In this document: piece after piece, positions 24,648 to 34,170 of the stretch
Layout: each line of letters begins with the position of its first letter
Position numbering within the stretch: position 1 is the first letter of the stretch
Assembly (NCBI GenBank): GCA_965115835.1
Contig: OZ220471.1
Coordinates: 71,037 to 135,036, forward strand
DNA length: 64,000 nucleotides
Direction of reading: 5' to 3'
Source of the DNA: Gammaproteobacteria bacterium
GTDB lineage: Bacteria > Pseudomonadota > Gammaproteobacteria > Steroidobacterales > Foliamicaceae
The notes under the pieces: generated by a model
Told to the model about the DNA's origin: nothing
Databases searched by the model: none
The model's input: the letters and a program-made list of their open reading frames with translations, nothing else
Position numbers and translations under genes: made by a program

Positions 24648-24652
24648 TTCGG
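24425..24652 (+). repeat. dispersed repeat family, copy A
   Basis: The core 24497-24620 aligns by hand to the reverse complement of 62485-62612, with roughly 15-20 mismatches or indels over ~125 nt. Similarity persists across a frame-breaking 2-nt indel, so conservation is at the nucleotide level rather than the protein level. Confidence 0.7.
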
Positions 24653-24728
24653 AGTGATGGGGTCGTTGTTTCTGCCCGGTTTTGGGCAGAGGCTCCGGCA
24701 TCTTCCCGGTCCGGCGAGATGTGCGGGC

Positions 24729-25280
24729 TCAGACGGCGATTCGCAACCGCACTCCGTGCTGCCTGGGCAGGTCCTTTTTCTGGATGTCGGGGCCGCGGAC
24801 CTCGCCTGTGGCGGGATCGGTGTCCAGCAGGCTCTGTGTGGCCTCGCGTCTCAGTATCACCACGATATCCGCTTCGTCCTTCACCGCGAACGGGAACTCG
24901 TGCCACGTGCCCAGCTTCATGGTAAAGCCCGCCGAGCCATCGAAGCGGTAGGCCCGCAGCTGGTCCAGGTCCGGCAGGTCCCCGCGGGTGGGCGGCGCCA
25001 TAACCGCGATGAACGGTGCGCCGCTCAAGGGGATGAAGGTTTGCGTGTGCTTGAAGTGGCGTTCGATCCAGCGCACCTCGAAGGGCCGGCGCCGCACATG
25101 GGCCAGACTGAGTTCGGTCTGTTCGTCCGACCGGAAATCCACGGGGCGATAGGTTTGCACCGAGCCCTCGTAGAACTGGATCGGCAGGGGCTTGGCGCCG
25201 GGATGGCGGCCCAGCAGCTCCCCGCAGCAGGCCAGCGCCTCGGGCGTGGCTTCCACCAGCGGCAGAACGCGGGTTTTCAT
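24729..25280 (-). CDS. ureidoglycolate lyase (AllA) family protein
   Basis: IERHFKHTQTFIPL and LRAYRFDGSAGFTMKLGTWHEFPFA parallel E. coli AllA LERHPLGTQAFIPM and [25 protein letters not shown]. Confidence 0.7.
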   Translation of the reverse strand: MKTRVLPLVEATPEALACCGELLGRHPGAKPLPIQFYEGSVQTYRPVDFRSDEQTELSLAHVRRRPFEVRWIERHFKHTQTFIPLSGAPFIAVMAPPTRGDLPDLDQLRAYRFDGSAGFTMKLGTWHEFPFAVKDEADIVVILRREATQSLLDTDPATGEVRGPDIQKKDLPRQHGVRLRIAV

Positions 25281-25442
25281 CGGCGTGCGGCGGATCGCAG
25301 GGCCGGAGTCCCCGGCGCAACGGAAAGGTTTGCGTTCACGTTGGGTTCATGCTCCTGCGGGGCTGCCGCACACTGCGCTGCCGCGCTCTTCTTCCGATGA
25401 TACAGGCGCGGATCGGAGAGTTCCACGACTCGAACGAAGGCT

Positions 25443-25563
25443 CAGCAATTCCCGCTAACGATGCAGAGTTGTTCGTTCAGGACCGAATACCCAAGCTTGT
25501 GACTGTTCAGGCGTTGGACCGGAGCTGATTTTCGAGCATTATCACGCTTGTCGGGAATTGCTG
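25443..25563 (+). mobile_element. 121-bp MITE-like element, copy 1 (13-bp terminal inverted repeats, 9-bp flanking duplication)
   Basis: The left end is CAGCAATTCCCGC and the right end GTCGGGAATTGCTG. The flanks ACGAAGGCT (25434-25442) and GCGAAGGCT (25564-25572) match at 8 of 9 positions. The element is the same length as copy 2 at 48790-48910 and differs from it by about a dozen mismatches. Confidence 0.75.
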
Positions 25564-25687
25564 GCGAAGGCTTGAGCCTTGCGGCCGTTGCCGCCCGTCC
25601 TTGCGGATTCCCGGGCGCCGAGCGTCAGAGGCGATGCTCGAGCGGCGGAAGCCGGCCTGAAGCAGCCTGCCCGTATCATCTGGCGGG

Positions 25688-26536
25688 CTACCCGAATACC
25701 ACAGTGCGGCGGCCGTTCATCAGCACGCGCTTTTGCGCGTGGTACTGCACCGCGCGCGCCAGCACCACGCGCTCGATGTCCTTGCCCACCATGGCCAGTT
25801 CTCCGGGACTCATGCGGTGGGTGACCGGCTGCACATCCTGGGCAATGATGGGGCCGTCGTCCAGCTGGGGGGTCACATAGTGCGCGGTTGCGCCGATCAG
25901 CTTTACTCCGCGCCGGTAGGCCTGGTGGTAGGGTTTGGCGCCCTTGAATCCGGGAAGGAAGGAGTGGTGGATGTTGATCATGCGGCCGCTCAATCGCTCA
26001 CACAGGGTGGGTGAAATGATCTGCATGTAACGGGCCAGCACCACGAAGTCGATGTCGTGTTTATCGATTTCCTGCACTACCCGCTGCTCTTGCTCCGCCT
26101 TGTTGGCCGGGGTAATCGGCAGGTGCAGGTACTCCAGGCTGGCGTTGGCCGCCCTCGCCAGCCCCTCCCCGTCCGGATGGTTGGAGACGATCACCGGGAT
26201 TTCCAGCGACAGTTGCCCCAGCCGCACCCGGGTGAGCAGGTCCAGCAGGCAATGCAGGTGTTTCGACACCATGATCAGCACGCGCGGGCGTTCGTCGGCC
26301 TGCGAAAGCTCCCAGCGCATCTGCAATTCCTTTACTTCGGACGCAAACGTGCGCCTGAGCTCGTCCGCTGCGACGCTTCCGCTGAAATGCACCCGCATGA
26401 AGAACCTTTCGCGCGTGGCGTCCTTGTAGGTGTCGCTGTCGAGCACATTGCAGCCGTGCTTCAACAGCCAGCGGGTCACGGTGTGAATCAGCCCTGTCCG
26501 GTCCGGGCAGGACAGGGCAAGCAGATACTCGGTCAA
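25688..26536 (-). CDS. purU: formyltetrahydrofolate deformylase
   Basis: N-terminal ACT domain (LLALSCPDRTGLIHTVTRWLLKHGCNVLDSD) and formyltransferase domain (VIVSNHPD..., MINIHHSFLPGFKGAKPYHQA, GATAHYVT). The start is set at TTG 26536; the track start at 26635 adds an unlikely 33-aa extension. Confidence 0.85.
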   Translation of the reverse strand: MTEYLLALSCPDRTGLIHTVTRWLLKHGCNVLDSDTYKDATRERFFMRVHFSGSVAADELRRTFASEVKELQMRWELSQADERPRVLIMVSKHLHCLLDLLTRVRLGQLSLEIPVIVSNHPDGEGLARAANASLEYLHLPITPANKAEQEQRVVQEIDKHDIDFVVLARYMQIISPTLCERLSGRMINIHHSFLPGFKGAKPYHQAYRRGVKLIGATAHYVTPQLDDGPIIAQDVQPVTHRMSPGELAMVGKDIERVVLARAVQYHAQKRVLMNGRRTVVFG

Positions 26537-26685
26537 GATCGTCCCTGGCGTCTGCGAAGTTGCGTACAGTTTATGCGCTTTGTGTGCTGTTCGAGCCGGT
26601 TTGCCGCTCAAGGCGGGTATGCGGCGGAGAACCATCGGGCATCAGGCAGCGCTTTGTGCGCCATGAACGCCGTACAATCCCGCCA

Positions 26686-28200
26686 ATGCCTGCGCCGCCC
26701 CACGACGATTCCGCCGGTTTCGCGCCCGAACATCGCCTGATCGCCGAGCGCCGCCGCAAGCTCGAGGCGCTGCGTGAGAGCGGCTGGGCGTTTCCCAACC
26801 GCTATCGTCCGGATGCCAGGGCTGCGTCCCTGCACGCCGAATACGCCGGAGCGGATGCCGAAACGCTTGCGAAGCTCGGCCGGGAAGTGCGCGTGGCGGG
26901 GCGGCTGATGTCGCAGCGTCGCATGGGACGCCTGAGCTTCGCCGAGATCCAGGACGATACCGGGCGGCTGCAACTCGTGTTGACCCGCGCCGGGATGGGT
27001 GCGGACGCCTATGCGGACACGGCGGCGCTGGATCTGGGCGATATCGTTTGGGCGCGGGGCGTGCTGATGCGGACGCGAACCGGGGAGCTGAGCGCGGACC
27101 TCAGCGAGTTGGCCCTGCTGACCAAGTCGCTGCGCCCGCTGCCGGAGAAGTTTCACGGACTGAGCGACCGCGAGCAACGCTACCGGCGCCGTTACGTGGA
27201 CCTGATCGTGAATCGCGGAGTGCGCGCCGTGTTCGACTGTCGCGCCCGCGTGACCTCGGCGCTGCGGGAGTTTCTGGGCAGCCGGGGCTTCATGGAAGTG
27301 GAAACGCCGATCATGCAGTCCATACCCGGCGGCGCCGCCGCACGCCCGTTCGTCACCCGCCATCACGCCCTGGGCCGGGACCTGTACCTGCGCGTGGCCC
27401 TGGAGTTGCATCTCAAGCGCCTCGTGGTGGGCGGCATGGAACGGGTGTTCGAGATCAACCGCTGCTTTCGCAACGAAGGCCTCTCCGCCCGGCACAACCC
27501 CGAGTTCACCATGCTGGAGGCCTATCAGGCCTACGCGGATTACAACGACTTCATGTTCCTGACCGAGGAGATGATCCGCGCTGCGGCCGAAGCGGCGCTC
27601 GGCGGCACGCGGGTGACTTGCCGGGGCGAAACGTTCGAGTTGGCCGGCGAGTGGCCGCGATTGAGCATGGAGCAGGCGGTTGCCGGGCACAATCCCGGCA
27701 TGGACGCCGCCCGCCTGCGTGATCCCGGCTATCTCCTCGAATGGCGGTCGCGGCTCGGAATCGAGAGCGAACCGCCGGCCAGGGCCGGCTGGGGCCGTTT
27801 GCTGGCGGAACTGTTCGACAAGACGGTGGAGCACAAGCTGGCCGGCCCGGTGTTCATCACCGGTCATCCCGTGGAGATTTCGCCGCTTTCGCGCGCCAGC
27901 GACGCCGACCCGGAGGTAACCGACCGCTACGAGCTGTATCTCGCCGGTCACGAGCTGGTCAACGGTTTTTCGGAACTGAACGATGCCGAAGATCAGGCGC
28001 GTCGCTTCCGCGAACAGGCCGCCCTGCGCGAGGGCGGCGACCACGAGGCCATGCGTTATGACGAGGATTTCATCGCTGCGCTGGAATACGGCCTGCCGCC
28101 GACCGCCGGCCTGGGCCTCGGCGTGGATCGCCTGGTCATGTTGCTTGCCGACCAGCCGGCCATCCGCGATGTTCTGCTGTTTCCCCAGTTGCGGACTTGA
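26686..28200 (+). CDS. lysS: lysine--tRNA ligase (class II)
   Basis: ATG 26686 gives ...EHRLIAERRRKLEALRESGWAFPNRYR. It has an OB anticodon-binding domain and class II motifs (FMEVETPIMQ, FEINRCFRNEG, GLGLGVDRLVMLL). Confidence 0.95.
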   Translation: MPAPPHDDSAGFAPEHRLIAERRRKLEALRESGWAFPNRYRPDARAASLHAEYAGADAETLAKLGREVRVAGRLMSQRRMGRLSFAEIQDDTGRLQLVLTRAGMGADAYADTAALDLGDIVWARGVLMRTRTGELSADLSELALLTKSLRPLPEKFHGLSDREQRYRRRYVDLIVNRGVRAVFDCRARVTSALREFLGSRGFMEVETPIMQSIPGGAAARPFVTRHHALGRDLYLRVALELHLKRLVVGGMERVFEINRCFRNEGLSARHNPEFTMLEAYQAYADYNDFMFLTEEMIRAAAEAALGGTRVTCRGETFELAGEWPRLSMEQAVAGHNPGMDAARLRDPGYLLEWRSRLGIESEPPARAGWGRLLAELFDKTVEHKLAGPVFITGHPVEISPLSRASDADPEVTDRYELYLAGHELVNGFSELNDAEDQARRFREQAALREGGDHEAMRYDEDFIAALEYGLPPTAGLGLGVDRLVMLLADQPAIRDVLLFPQLRT

Positions 28201-28245
28201 TCCTTTCATGAAATCGACCCACCAGACGACCTCGGGAGAACAAGC

Positions 28246-29646
28246 ATGACGGACTGGGCGGCGCGTGTGCTCAACATCAGGCGGGGCGAGCTGCGTCTGG
28301 TATTGCTTGCCGCGCTTTTCTATTTCTGCGTGCTCAGCGGCTATTTCTTCCTGCGGCCGGTGCGGGACGCCATGGGCGTGGCGCGGGGCATGGGCGAGCT
28401 TCGCTGGCTGTTCGTCGTGACTTCCATTTCATCCCTGGCGCTGGTACTGATGTTCGGCGGCGCCGTTTCGAGGATGGACCGGCGCAAGTTCGTTCCTGTG
28501 GGCTATGGCTTCGTCATCGTGTGCCTGCTGGGGTTCTCCGCGCTGTTGTTCACGGACGCGCAATCCGGCGGCGGGCTGATCGGCACCGGCGCGGAGACCG
28601 CCGTGGCGCGTGGCGTGGGCTACACCTTCTACGTGTGGCTGAGCGCCATCAACCTGTTCATCAACAGCCTGTTCTGGGCGTTCATGGTGGACATATTCAA
28701 TGTCGATCAGGGCAAGCGCGTGTTCGCCTTTATCGGCATCGGAGGAACTCTGGGCGCGCTGGTGGGCGGCTGGGCCACCAAGTTCATCAGCGGGCTGACC
28801 GACTCGGCGTACCTGCCGGTGGGCCTGATGCTGATCGGCGCCAGCTTGTTCGCCGTGGCGATCATCCTCATGTTGACCCTGGACCGAGCGGCAGCGCAGT
28901 CGAGCCATTCCCGCCCGGGAGCGCCTTTTGCCACTCCCGCAGCGGTCCCCGGCGAGCGGGTCGGCGGGCGGTTCTTCGACGGCGTCACTGCCGTGAGCAC
29001 CTCGCCGTACCTGCTGGGCATCGCGTTGTTCATCGTGTTCATGGCCATCTCCAATACCCTGATCTACTTCACCCAGGCCAACATCGTCCTCGACAGGACC
29101 GACACCTTCAGCCAGCGCGTGGACGCTTTCGCGACTTTTGACGCGCTGGCGCAGACGGCGACGCTGTTCACGCAGATTTTCATAACAACGCGGGTCATTC
29201 GCCGCCTGGGGGTTGGCTGGACTCTGGCAATCCTGCCGCTGGTAACGCTGGCCGGGTTTGCGGTGTTGGCCATCTGGCCCTTGTACGGGGTCATGGTGGT
29301 GTTCCAGGCCCTGCATCGCGCCACCCGGTACGCCATTTCGCGCCCCGCCCGCGAGGCGCTGTTCAGCGTTGTGTCTTCTGCCGAGCGCTACAAGGCCAAG
29401 CCCCTGATCGACGTGTTCCTGTACCGCGGCGGCGATCTGGCCGGCGCCGGCATTCAGGCCGTGCTGGCCGGGCTGGGCAGTCTGGCGCTGATGGTGGCCT
29501 CGGTCACGCCATTCGCCGCGGTATGGTGTGCGCTTTCCGTGGCGATGGGCCGCGCGCAAACGCGGCGCAGCCCAGCCCGGGACGCCGTGGCCGCCTCAAA
29601 CCCTCCGGTCGATCACGCGGGTGGCCTTCCCACGGGAGCGGGGTAG
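28246..29646 (+). CDS. MFS-superfamily transporter, ADP/ATP-translocase (TLC/Npt)-like
   Basis: About 12 predicted TM segments. The N-terminal pattern LRLVLLAALFYFCVLSGYFFLRPVRDAMG resembles TLC-type carriers. The substrate is not inferable. Confidence 0.55.
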   Translation: MTDWAARVLNIRRGELRLVLLAALFYFCVLSGYFFLRPVRDAMGVARGMGELRWLFVVTSISSLALVLMFGGAVSRMDRRKFVPVGYGFVIVCLLGFSALLFTDAQSGGGLIGTGAETAVARGVGYTFYVWLSAINLFINSLFWAFMVDIFNVDQGKRVFAFIGIGGTLGALVGGWATKFISGLTDSAYLPVGLMLIGASLFAVAIILMLTLDRAAAQSSHSRPGAPFATPAAVPGERVGGRFFDGVTAVSTSPYLLGIALFIVFMAISNTLIYFTQANIVLDRTDTFSQRVDAFATFDALAQTATLFTQIFITTRVIRRLGVGWTLAILPLVTLAGFAVLAIWPLYGVMVVFQALHRATRYAISRPAREALFSVVSSAERYKAKPLIDVFLYRGGDLAGAGIQAVLAGLGSLALMVASVTPFAAVWCALSVAMGRAQTRRSPARDAVAASNPPVDHAGGLPTGAG

Positions 29647-30930
29647 CGCTCCTTCTTCCCGAACCCGCACCTCCGCGGAAATGCCCAGGATGGACTTGAT
29701 CTTCTGCGCGAGCTCGCCGCTCATGGACATGGCGCTGCGCGGTGTGCCGGGGCGCTGTTCGACACTGACGGTCATCAGGTCGAGATTGCCGCGCTTGTCC
29801 ACTTCGATGAGATAGTGGGGCGCCAGACCGTCCACGCTCAATAACTGCTCCTCGACAGCGGACGGGAACAGGTTCACGCCGCGGATGATCAGCATGTCGT
29901 CGCTGCGGCCGGTGATCCTCGCCATGCGCCGCATGCTGCGTGCGGCGCCCGGAAGCAGTCGGGTGAGATCGCGCGTACGGTAGCGGATGACCGGCATGGC
30001 CTCCTTGGTCAGCGTCGTGAACACCAGTTCGCCCAGTTCGCCGTCGGGCAGTACCGCGCCGGTGTGCGGGTCGATGATCTCGGGATAGAAGTGGTCTTCC
30101 CAGATTGTTGCGCCGTCCTTGCTCTCCAGACACTCCTGGGCCACGCCGGGGCCCATCACCTCCGACAGGCCGTAGATATCCACGGCATCCAGGCCCAGGC
30201 GGGCTTCCAGCGCCTCACGCATGGACTCGGTCCAAGGTTCGGCGCCGAGTATGCCCACACGTAGCGCCAGCCTCGCCGGGTCGATGGACTGGCGGACGAG
30301 CTCGTCGCCGATGTTGAGCAGATACGAGGGCGTGGCCATGATCACGTCGGGATCGAAGTCCGCGATGAGCTGCGCCTGCCTTTCGGTTTGCCCGCCGGAC
30401 ATCGGGATGACCGCGCAGCCCAGGCGCTCGGCGCCGTAGTGCGCGCCCAGTCCTCCGGTGAACAGGCCATAACCGTAGGACACATGCACCTTGTCGCCGG
30501 GTCTTCCGCCAGCCGCATGGATCGAGCGCGCGCAAACCCCCGCCCATGTGTCGATGTCGGCCTGCGAATACACCACCACGGTGGGCTTGCCGGTGGTGCC
30601 GCTGGAGGCGTGGATGCGCGCCAGACGGTCCAGCGGGACGCAGGATAGCCCGAAGGGATAGGTGTCGCGCAGGTCCGCCTTGGTTGTGAACGGGAACCTG
30701 TCCAGATCCTCCAGCGAGCGAAAGTCGTCGGGATGCACGCCGTGCTGTTCGAACTTCCGCCGGTAGACGGGCGAGTTCGCATGCACATGGCGAAGCGTCT
30801 TTTTCAGCCGCCTGATCTGCAACGCGCGGATCTCGTCGATGCCGGCGGTCTCGATCGGCTCGTAGCCTGTGGTCCCGTTCAAGATGGGGTGCTCGTCGTG
30901 CTCCGGGCCATCCCCGGGGAACGAGGACAT
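29596..30930 (-). CDS. paaK: phenylacetate--CoA ligase
   Basis: It is near-collinear with E. coli PaaK: RIHASSGTTGKPTVVVYSQADIDTWA, YGYGLFTGGLGAHYGAERLGCAVIPMSGGQTERQAQLI, RYRTRDLTRLLPG, GRSDDMLIIRGVNLFPS. Confidence 0.95.
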   Translation of the reverse strand: MSSFPGDGPEHDEHPILNGTTGYEPIETAGIDEIRALQIRRLKKTLRHVHANSPVYRRKFEQHGVHPDDFRSLEDLDRFPFTTKADLRDTYPFGLSCVPLDRLARIHASSGTTGKPTVVVYSQADIDTWAGVCARSIHAAGGRPGDKVHVSYGYGLFTGGLGAHYGAERLGCAVIPMSGGQTERQAQLIADFDPDVIMATPSYLLNIGDELVRQSIDPARLALRVGILGAEPWTESMREALEARLGLDAVDIYGLSEVMGPGVAQECLESKDGATIWEDHFYPEIIDPHTGAVLPDGELGELVFTTLTKEAMPVIRYRTRDLTRLLPGAARSMRRMARITGRSDDMLIIRGVNLFPSAVEEQLLSVDGLAPHYLIEVDKRGNLDLMTVSVEQRPGTPRSAMSMSGELAQKIKSILGISAEVRVREEGALPRSRGKATRVIDRRV

Positions 30931-30989
30931 CCCGCTCTCGGCGAGTCCCGCAAGCCCTCGTTCCCAACGAGCGCAGGATGTTCCTGCTT

Positions 30990-31200
30990 GCCCAGCGTTT
31001 CAATATGATACAGAAATAACCAAAAAATGGATATAGTGAGTTATAATTCTTCCGACATGAAGTCTGCAAGTGCCGAAGAAGCAAAATCAATGAATAATAA
31101 AACAAGTAGTTATGTGTATGGAGAATGGGTTTTCGGGAAAGGAGAAGGAACTCCAATTTATCATTCGATAAACGGAAAATGTATCACTTCCACCAGCAGC
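30990..31200. promoter_or_regulatory. AT-rich divergent paaK/paaZ control region (includes candidate -10 TATAAT at 31042-31047)
   Basis: This ~200-nt patch is conspicuously AT-rich against the GC-rich background (caatatgatacagaaataaccaaaaaatggatatagtgagttataattc...). TATAAT lies 48 nt upstream of the preferred paaZ ATG (31090). No convincing -35 was found. Confidence 0.4.
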
Positions 31201-33141
31201 AGGGGGGTGGACTTTGCTCGGGCACTGGAGTACGGGCGCTCCTCGGGCGGTCCTGCGCTGCGCGCCATGACGGTTCACGAGCGCGCACTGGCCCTGAAGG
31301 CGCTGGCGAAGCGCCTCTTGTCGCGCAAGGACGAGCTCTACCGGATTTCGGCCTTCACCGGCGCCACCCGGGCCGACAGTCGGGTGGACATCGAAGGCGG
31401 CATCGGCACGTTGTTCAGCTTTTCCAGCATCGCCCGGCGCGAATTCGCCAACGAGCCATTCATCGTGGAGGGCGGGCCGGAGCGCCTGTCCGCCAACAAC
31501 ACCTTCTCCGCCCGTCATATCCTCACGCCGAAGCGTGGCGTATCGCTGCATATCAATGCGTTCAACTTTCCCTGCTGGGGGATGCTGGAGAAGATCGCCC
31601 CCAGCCTGATCGCAGGGGCGCCGGCGGTGGTCAAGCCGGCTACCGGTTCGGCCTATCTCACCGAGGCCGTGGTTCGCGAGATCGTCGCCTCGGGGTTGCT
31701 CCCGGAGGGAGCGCTGCAACTGATCTGCGGGAGCGCCGGCGATGTGCTCGACCACCTGACCGAGCAGGATGTGGTGACGTTTACCGGATCGGCGACCACC
31801 GGGCGCATGCTCGGGGCGCACCCCAATATCATCGCCAGGAGCATTCCCTTCAACCGGGAGGCGGACTCGCTGAATTGCTGCATCCTGGGGGAATCGGTGA
31901 GCGCCGCCGATCCGGAGTTCGGGCTCTTCATCGAGGAGGTTGTTCGCGAGATGACTGCCAAGGCAGGGCAGAAGTGCACCGCCATCCGCCGGATCATGGT
32001 TCCGGAGAAGCAGGTCCAACCGGTTGCCGACGCCCTGCTCGCGCGCCTGTCGAAGGTGGGGACGGGGGATCCGGCGGCGCAAGGCGTACACATGGGGCCG
32101 TTGCTCGGCGCCGCACAGGAAGCGGAGGTGCGCGCCAATGTCGACAAGCTGGCCGAAAGCTCCGAACTGCTTGTGGGCGGCAGCGACGATCTCGAGTTGA
32201 TTGGCGATGACGCGGTTCCCAACGCCTTCTTTCCGCCCACACTCCTGTATTGCGCCGACCCGCTTCGCACGGAAGCGCCACATTCCGTGGAAGCCTTCGG
32301 CCCGGTGGCCACCCTCATGCCCTACAGCGATCCTGCCGAGGCCGCCCATCTCGCCAGTTGCGGGCGCGGCAGTCTGGTGGGTTCGGTGTTCACCTGCGAT
32401 GACGGGGAGGCGGCCGGGATCATTCACGCCGCCGCCGCCTGGCACGGCCGCCTGCTGGTGGTCAATCGCGACTGCGCCGCCGAGTCCACCGGCCACGGCT
32501 CGCCGCTGCCGATGCTGGTGCATGGTGGGCCGGGCCGCGCCGGCGGCGGGGAGGAACTGGGCGGCGCGCGTGCGATCAAGCGCTACATGCAGCGCACTTC
32601 GGTGCAGGGATCGCCCACCTCGCTCATGGCGATTACCCGGGAGTACCAGCCCGGCGCCCGCACGTTGCGGGCGGATGTCCACCCGTTTCGCAAGCATTTC
32701 GAGGATCTGACCGTGGGCGAGAGCCTCACCACGCACCGGAGGACGGTTACGGAGGCCGACATCGTCAATTTCGGCTGTCTGACGGGCGATCACTTCTACG
32801 CCCACTTCGATGAGCTTGCGGCTCGCGACTCGCTGTTCGGCAAGCGGGTCGCGCACGGCTACTTCGTGATCTCGGCAGCCGCCGGGCTGTTCGTGGATCC
32901 GTCGCCCGGGCCGGTGCTGGCCAACTACGGGCTGGACAAGCTGCGCTTCGTCGAGCCGGTGGGCGTGGGCGACACGATCAAGGCGCGCATCACTGTAAAG
33001 AGGAAAATCGCCAAAGAGCAGCGCCCGGACGAGGATCGGGCTGCTGGCGTTGTGGTCTGGGATGTCGAGATCATCAACCAGGACGACAACGCGGTGGCGC
33101 TGTACGATGTGCTGACCCTGGTTGCGAGGAGAGGGGGATGA
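31090..33141 (+). CDS. paaZ: bifunctional oxepin-CoA hydrolase / 3-oxo-5,6-dehydrosuberyl-CoA semialdehyde dehydrogenase
   Basis: It is collinear with E. coli PaaZ across the ALDH domain ([46 protein letters not shown]) and the C-terminal MaoC hydratase domain ([21 protein letters not shown]). ATG 31090 ([13 protein letters not shown]) best matches the E. coli N-terminal length; alternative starts are at 31027 and 31058. Confidence 0.9.
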   Translation: MNNKTSSYVYGEWVFGKGEGTPIYHSINGKCITSTSSRGVDFARALEYGRSSGGPALRAMTVHERALALKALAKRLLSRKDELYRISAFTGATRADSRVDIEGGIGTLFSFSSIARREFANEPFIVEGGPERLSANNTFSARHILTPKRGVSLHINAFNFPCWGMLEKIAPSLIAGAPAVVKPATGSAYLTEAVVREIVASGLLPEGALQLICGSAGDVLDHLTEQDVVTFTGSATTGRMLGAHPNIIARSIPFNREADSLNCCILGESVSAADPEFGLFIEEVVREMTAKAGQKCTAIRRIMVPEKQVQPVADALLARLSKVGTGDPAAQGVHMGPLLGAAQEAEVRANVDKLAESSELLVGGSDDLELIGDDAVPNAFFPPTLLYCADPLRTEAPHSVEAFGPVATLMPYSDPAEAAHLASCGRGSLVGSVFTCDDGEAAGIIHAAAAWHGRLLVVNRDCAAESTGHGSPLPMLVHGGPGRAGGGEELGGARAIKRYMQRTSVQGSPTSLMAITREYQPGARTLRADVHPFRKHFEDLTVGESLTTHRRTVTEADIVNFGCLTGDHFYAHFDELAARDSLFGKRVAHGYFVISAAAGLFVDPSPGPVLANYGLDKLRFVEPVGVGDTIKARITVKRKIAKEQRPDEDRAAGVVVWDVEIINQDDNAVALYDVLTLVARRGG

Positions 33142-34088
33142 CCGAATATCGCCTGAGCCCTGCCGAACTTCAGGCCGCCTTCCGCAAGCGGGTGGACGAG
33201 GAGCGCAAGATCGAGCCTAGGGACTGGATGCCCGAAGCCTATCGCAAGAACCTCATCCGCCAGATCTCCCAGCATGCCCACTCGGAGGTTATCGGCATGC
33301 AGCCGGAGGGCAACTGGATCACCCGCGCTCCCACCCTCAGGCGCAAGATGATCCTGCTGGCCAAGGTGCAGGACGAGGGCGGGCACGGGCTTTACCTGTA
33401 CAGCGCTGCCGAAACCCTCGGCGCCACCCGGGAGGAAATGATCGAGGCGCTGCACGAAGGCCGCGCCAAATACGCCTCGATCTTCAACTATCCAACGCTC
33501 ACCTGGGCGGATATCGGGATGATCGGCTGGCTGGTGGACGGGGCGGCGATCGTCAACCAGATCTCCCTGCAGCGCACCTCGTATGGTCCTTATTCGCGGG
33601 CGATGATCCGTATCTGCAAGGAAGAGAGCTTTCATCAGCGCCAGGGCTTCGAAATCCTCATGACCCTGGCGGCCGGCAGCGCCGCGCAGAAGGCCATGGC
33701 CCAGGATGCGCTCGACCGCTGGTGGTGGCCCACGCTGATGATGTTCGGACCGCACGATTCGGAATCGACGCACAGCGCCCGGTCCATGCAGTGGAAGATC
33801 AAGCGCAGGAGCAACGACGAACTGCGCCAGGATTTTGTCGATCAGACCGTGCCGCAGGCCGATTTCCTGGGACTGACCATCCCGGACCCGGAACTGAAGT
33901 GGAATCGGGAACGGGGCCATTACGACTTCGGCGAGATCGATTGGGACGAGTTCCAGGCGGTGGTCTCCGGCAACGGCCGGTGCAACCGGGAACGCCTCGC
34001 GCGACACCGGAAGGCCCACGAGGAAGGGGGCTGGGTGCGCGAGGCCATGCGCGCCCGCGAGGAGAAACGGCGGTCCCGCGCCGCATGA
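33138..34088 (+). CDS. paaA: 1,2-phenylacetyl-CoA epoxidase subunit A
   Basis: [60 protein letters not shown] is nearly identical in pattern to E. coli PaaA. Confidence 0.95.
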   Translation: MTEYRLSPAELQAAFRKRVDEERKIEPRDWMPEAYRKNLIRQISQHAHSEVIGMQPEGNWITRAPTLRRKMILLAKVQDEGGHGLYLYSAAETLGATREEMIEALHEGRAKYASIFNYPTLTWADIGMIGWLVDGAAIVNQISLQRTSYGPYSRAMIRICKEESFHQRQGFEILMTLAAGSAAQKAMAQDALDRWWWPTLMMFGPHDSESTHSARSMQWKIKRRSNDELRQDFVDQTVPQADFLGLTIPDPELKWNRERGHYDFGEIDWDEFQAVVSGNGRCNRERLARHRKAHEEGGWVREAMRAREEKRRSRAA

Positions 34089-34170
34089 GCTCCCGGATCG
34101 TCAGGACTTCCAGTCCCCGGTCAAGGGGGCCTTTCGGAAAACCGGCCCTCCGGATGGAGAAAAGACCCGT

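Noticed and set aside
31006-31186. GATAC...GTATC half-sites in the paaK/paaZ region as a PaaX operator
   Set aside because: The half-sites are ~170 nt apart and only 5 nt long, and I found no convincing palindrome of operator size.
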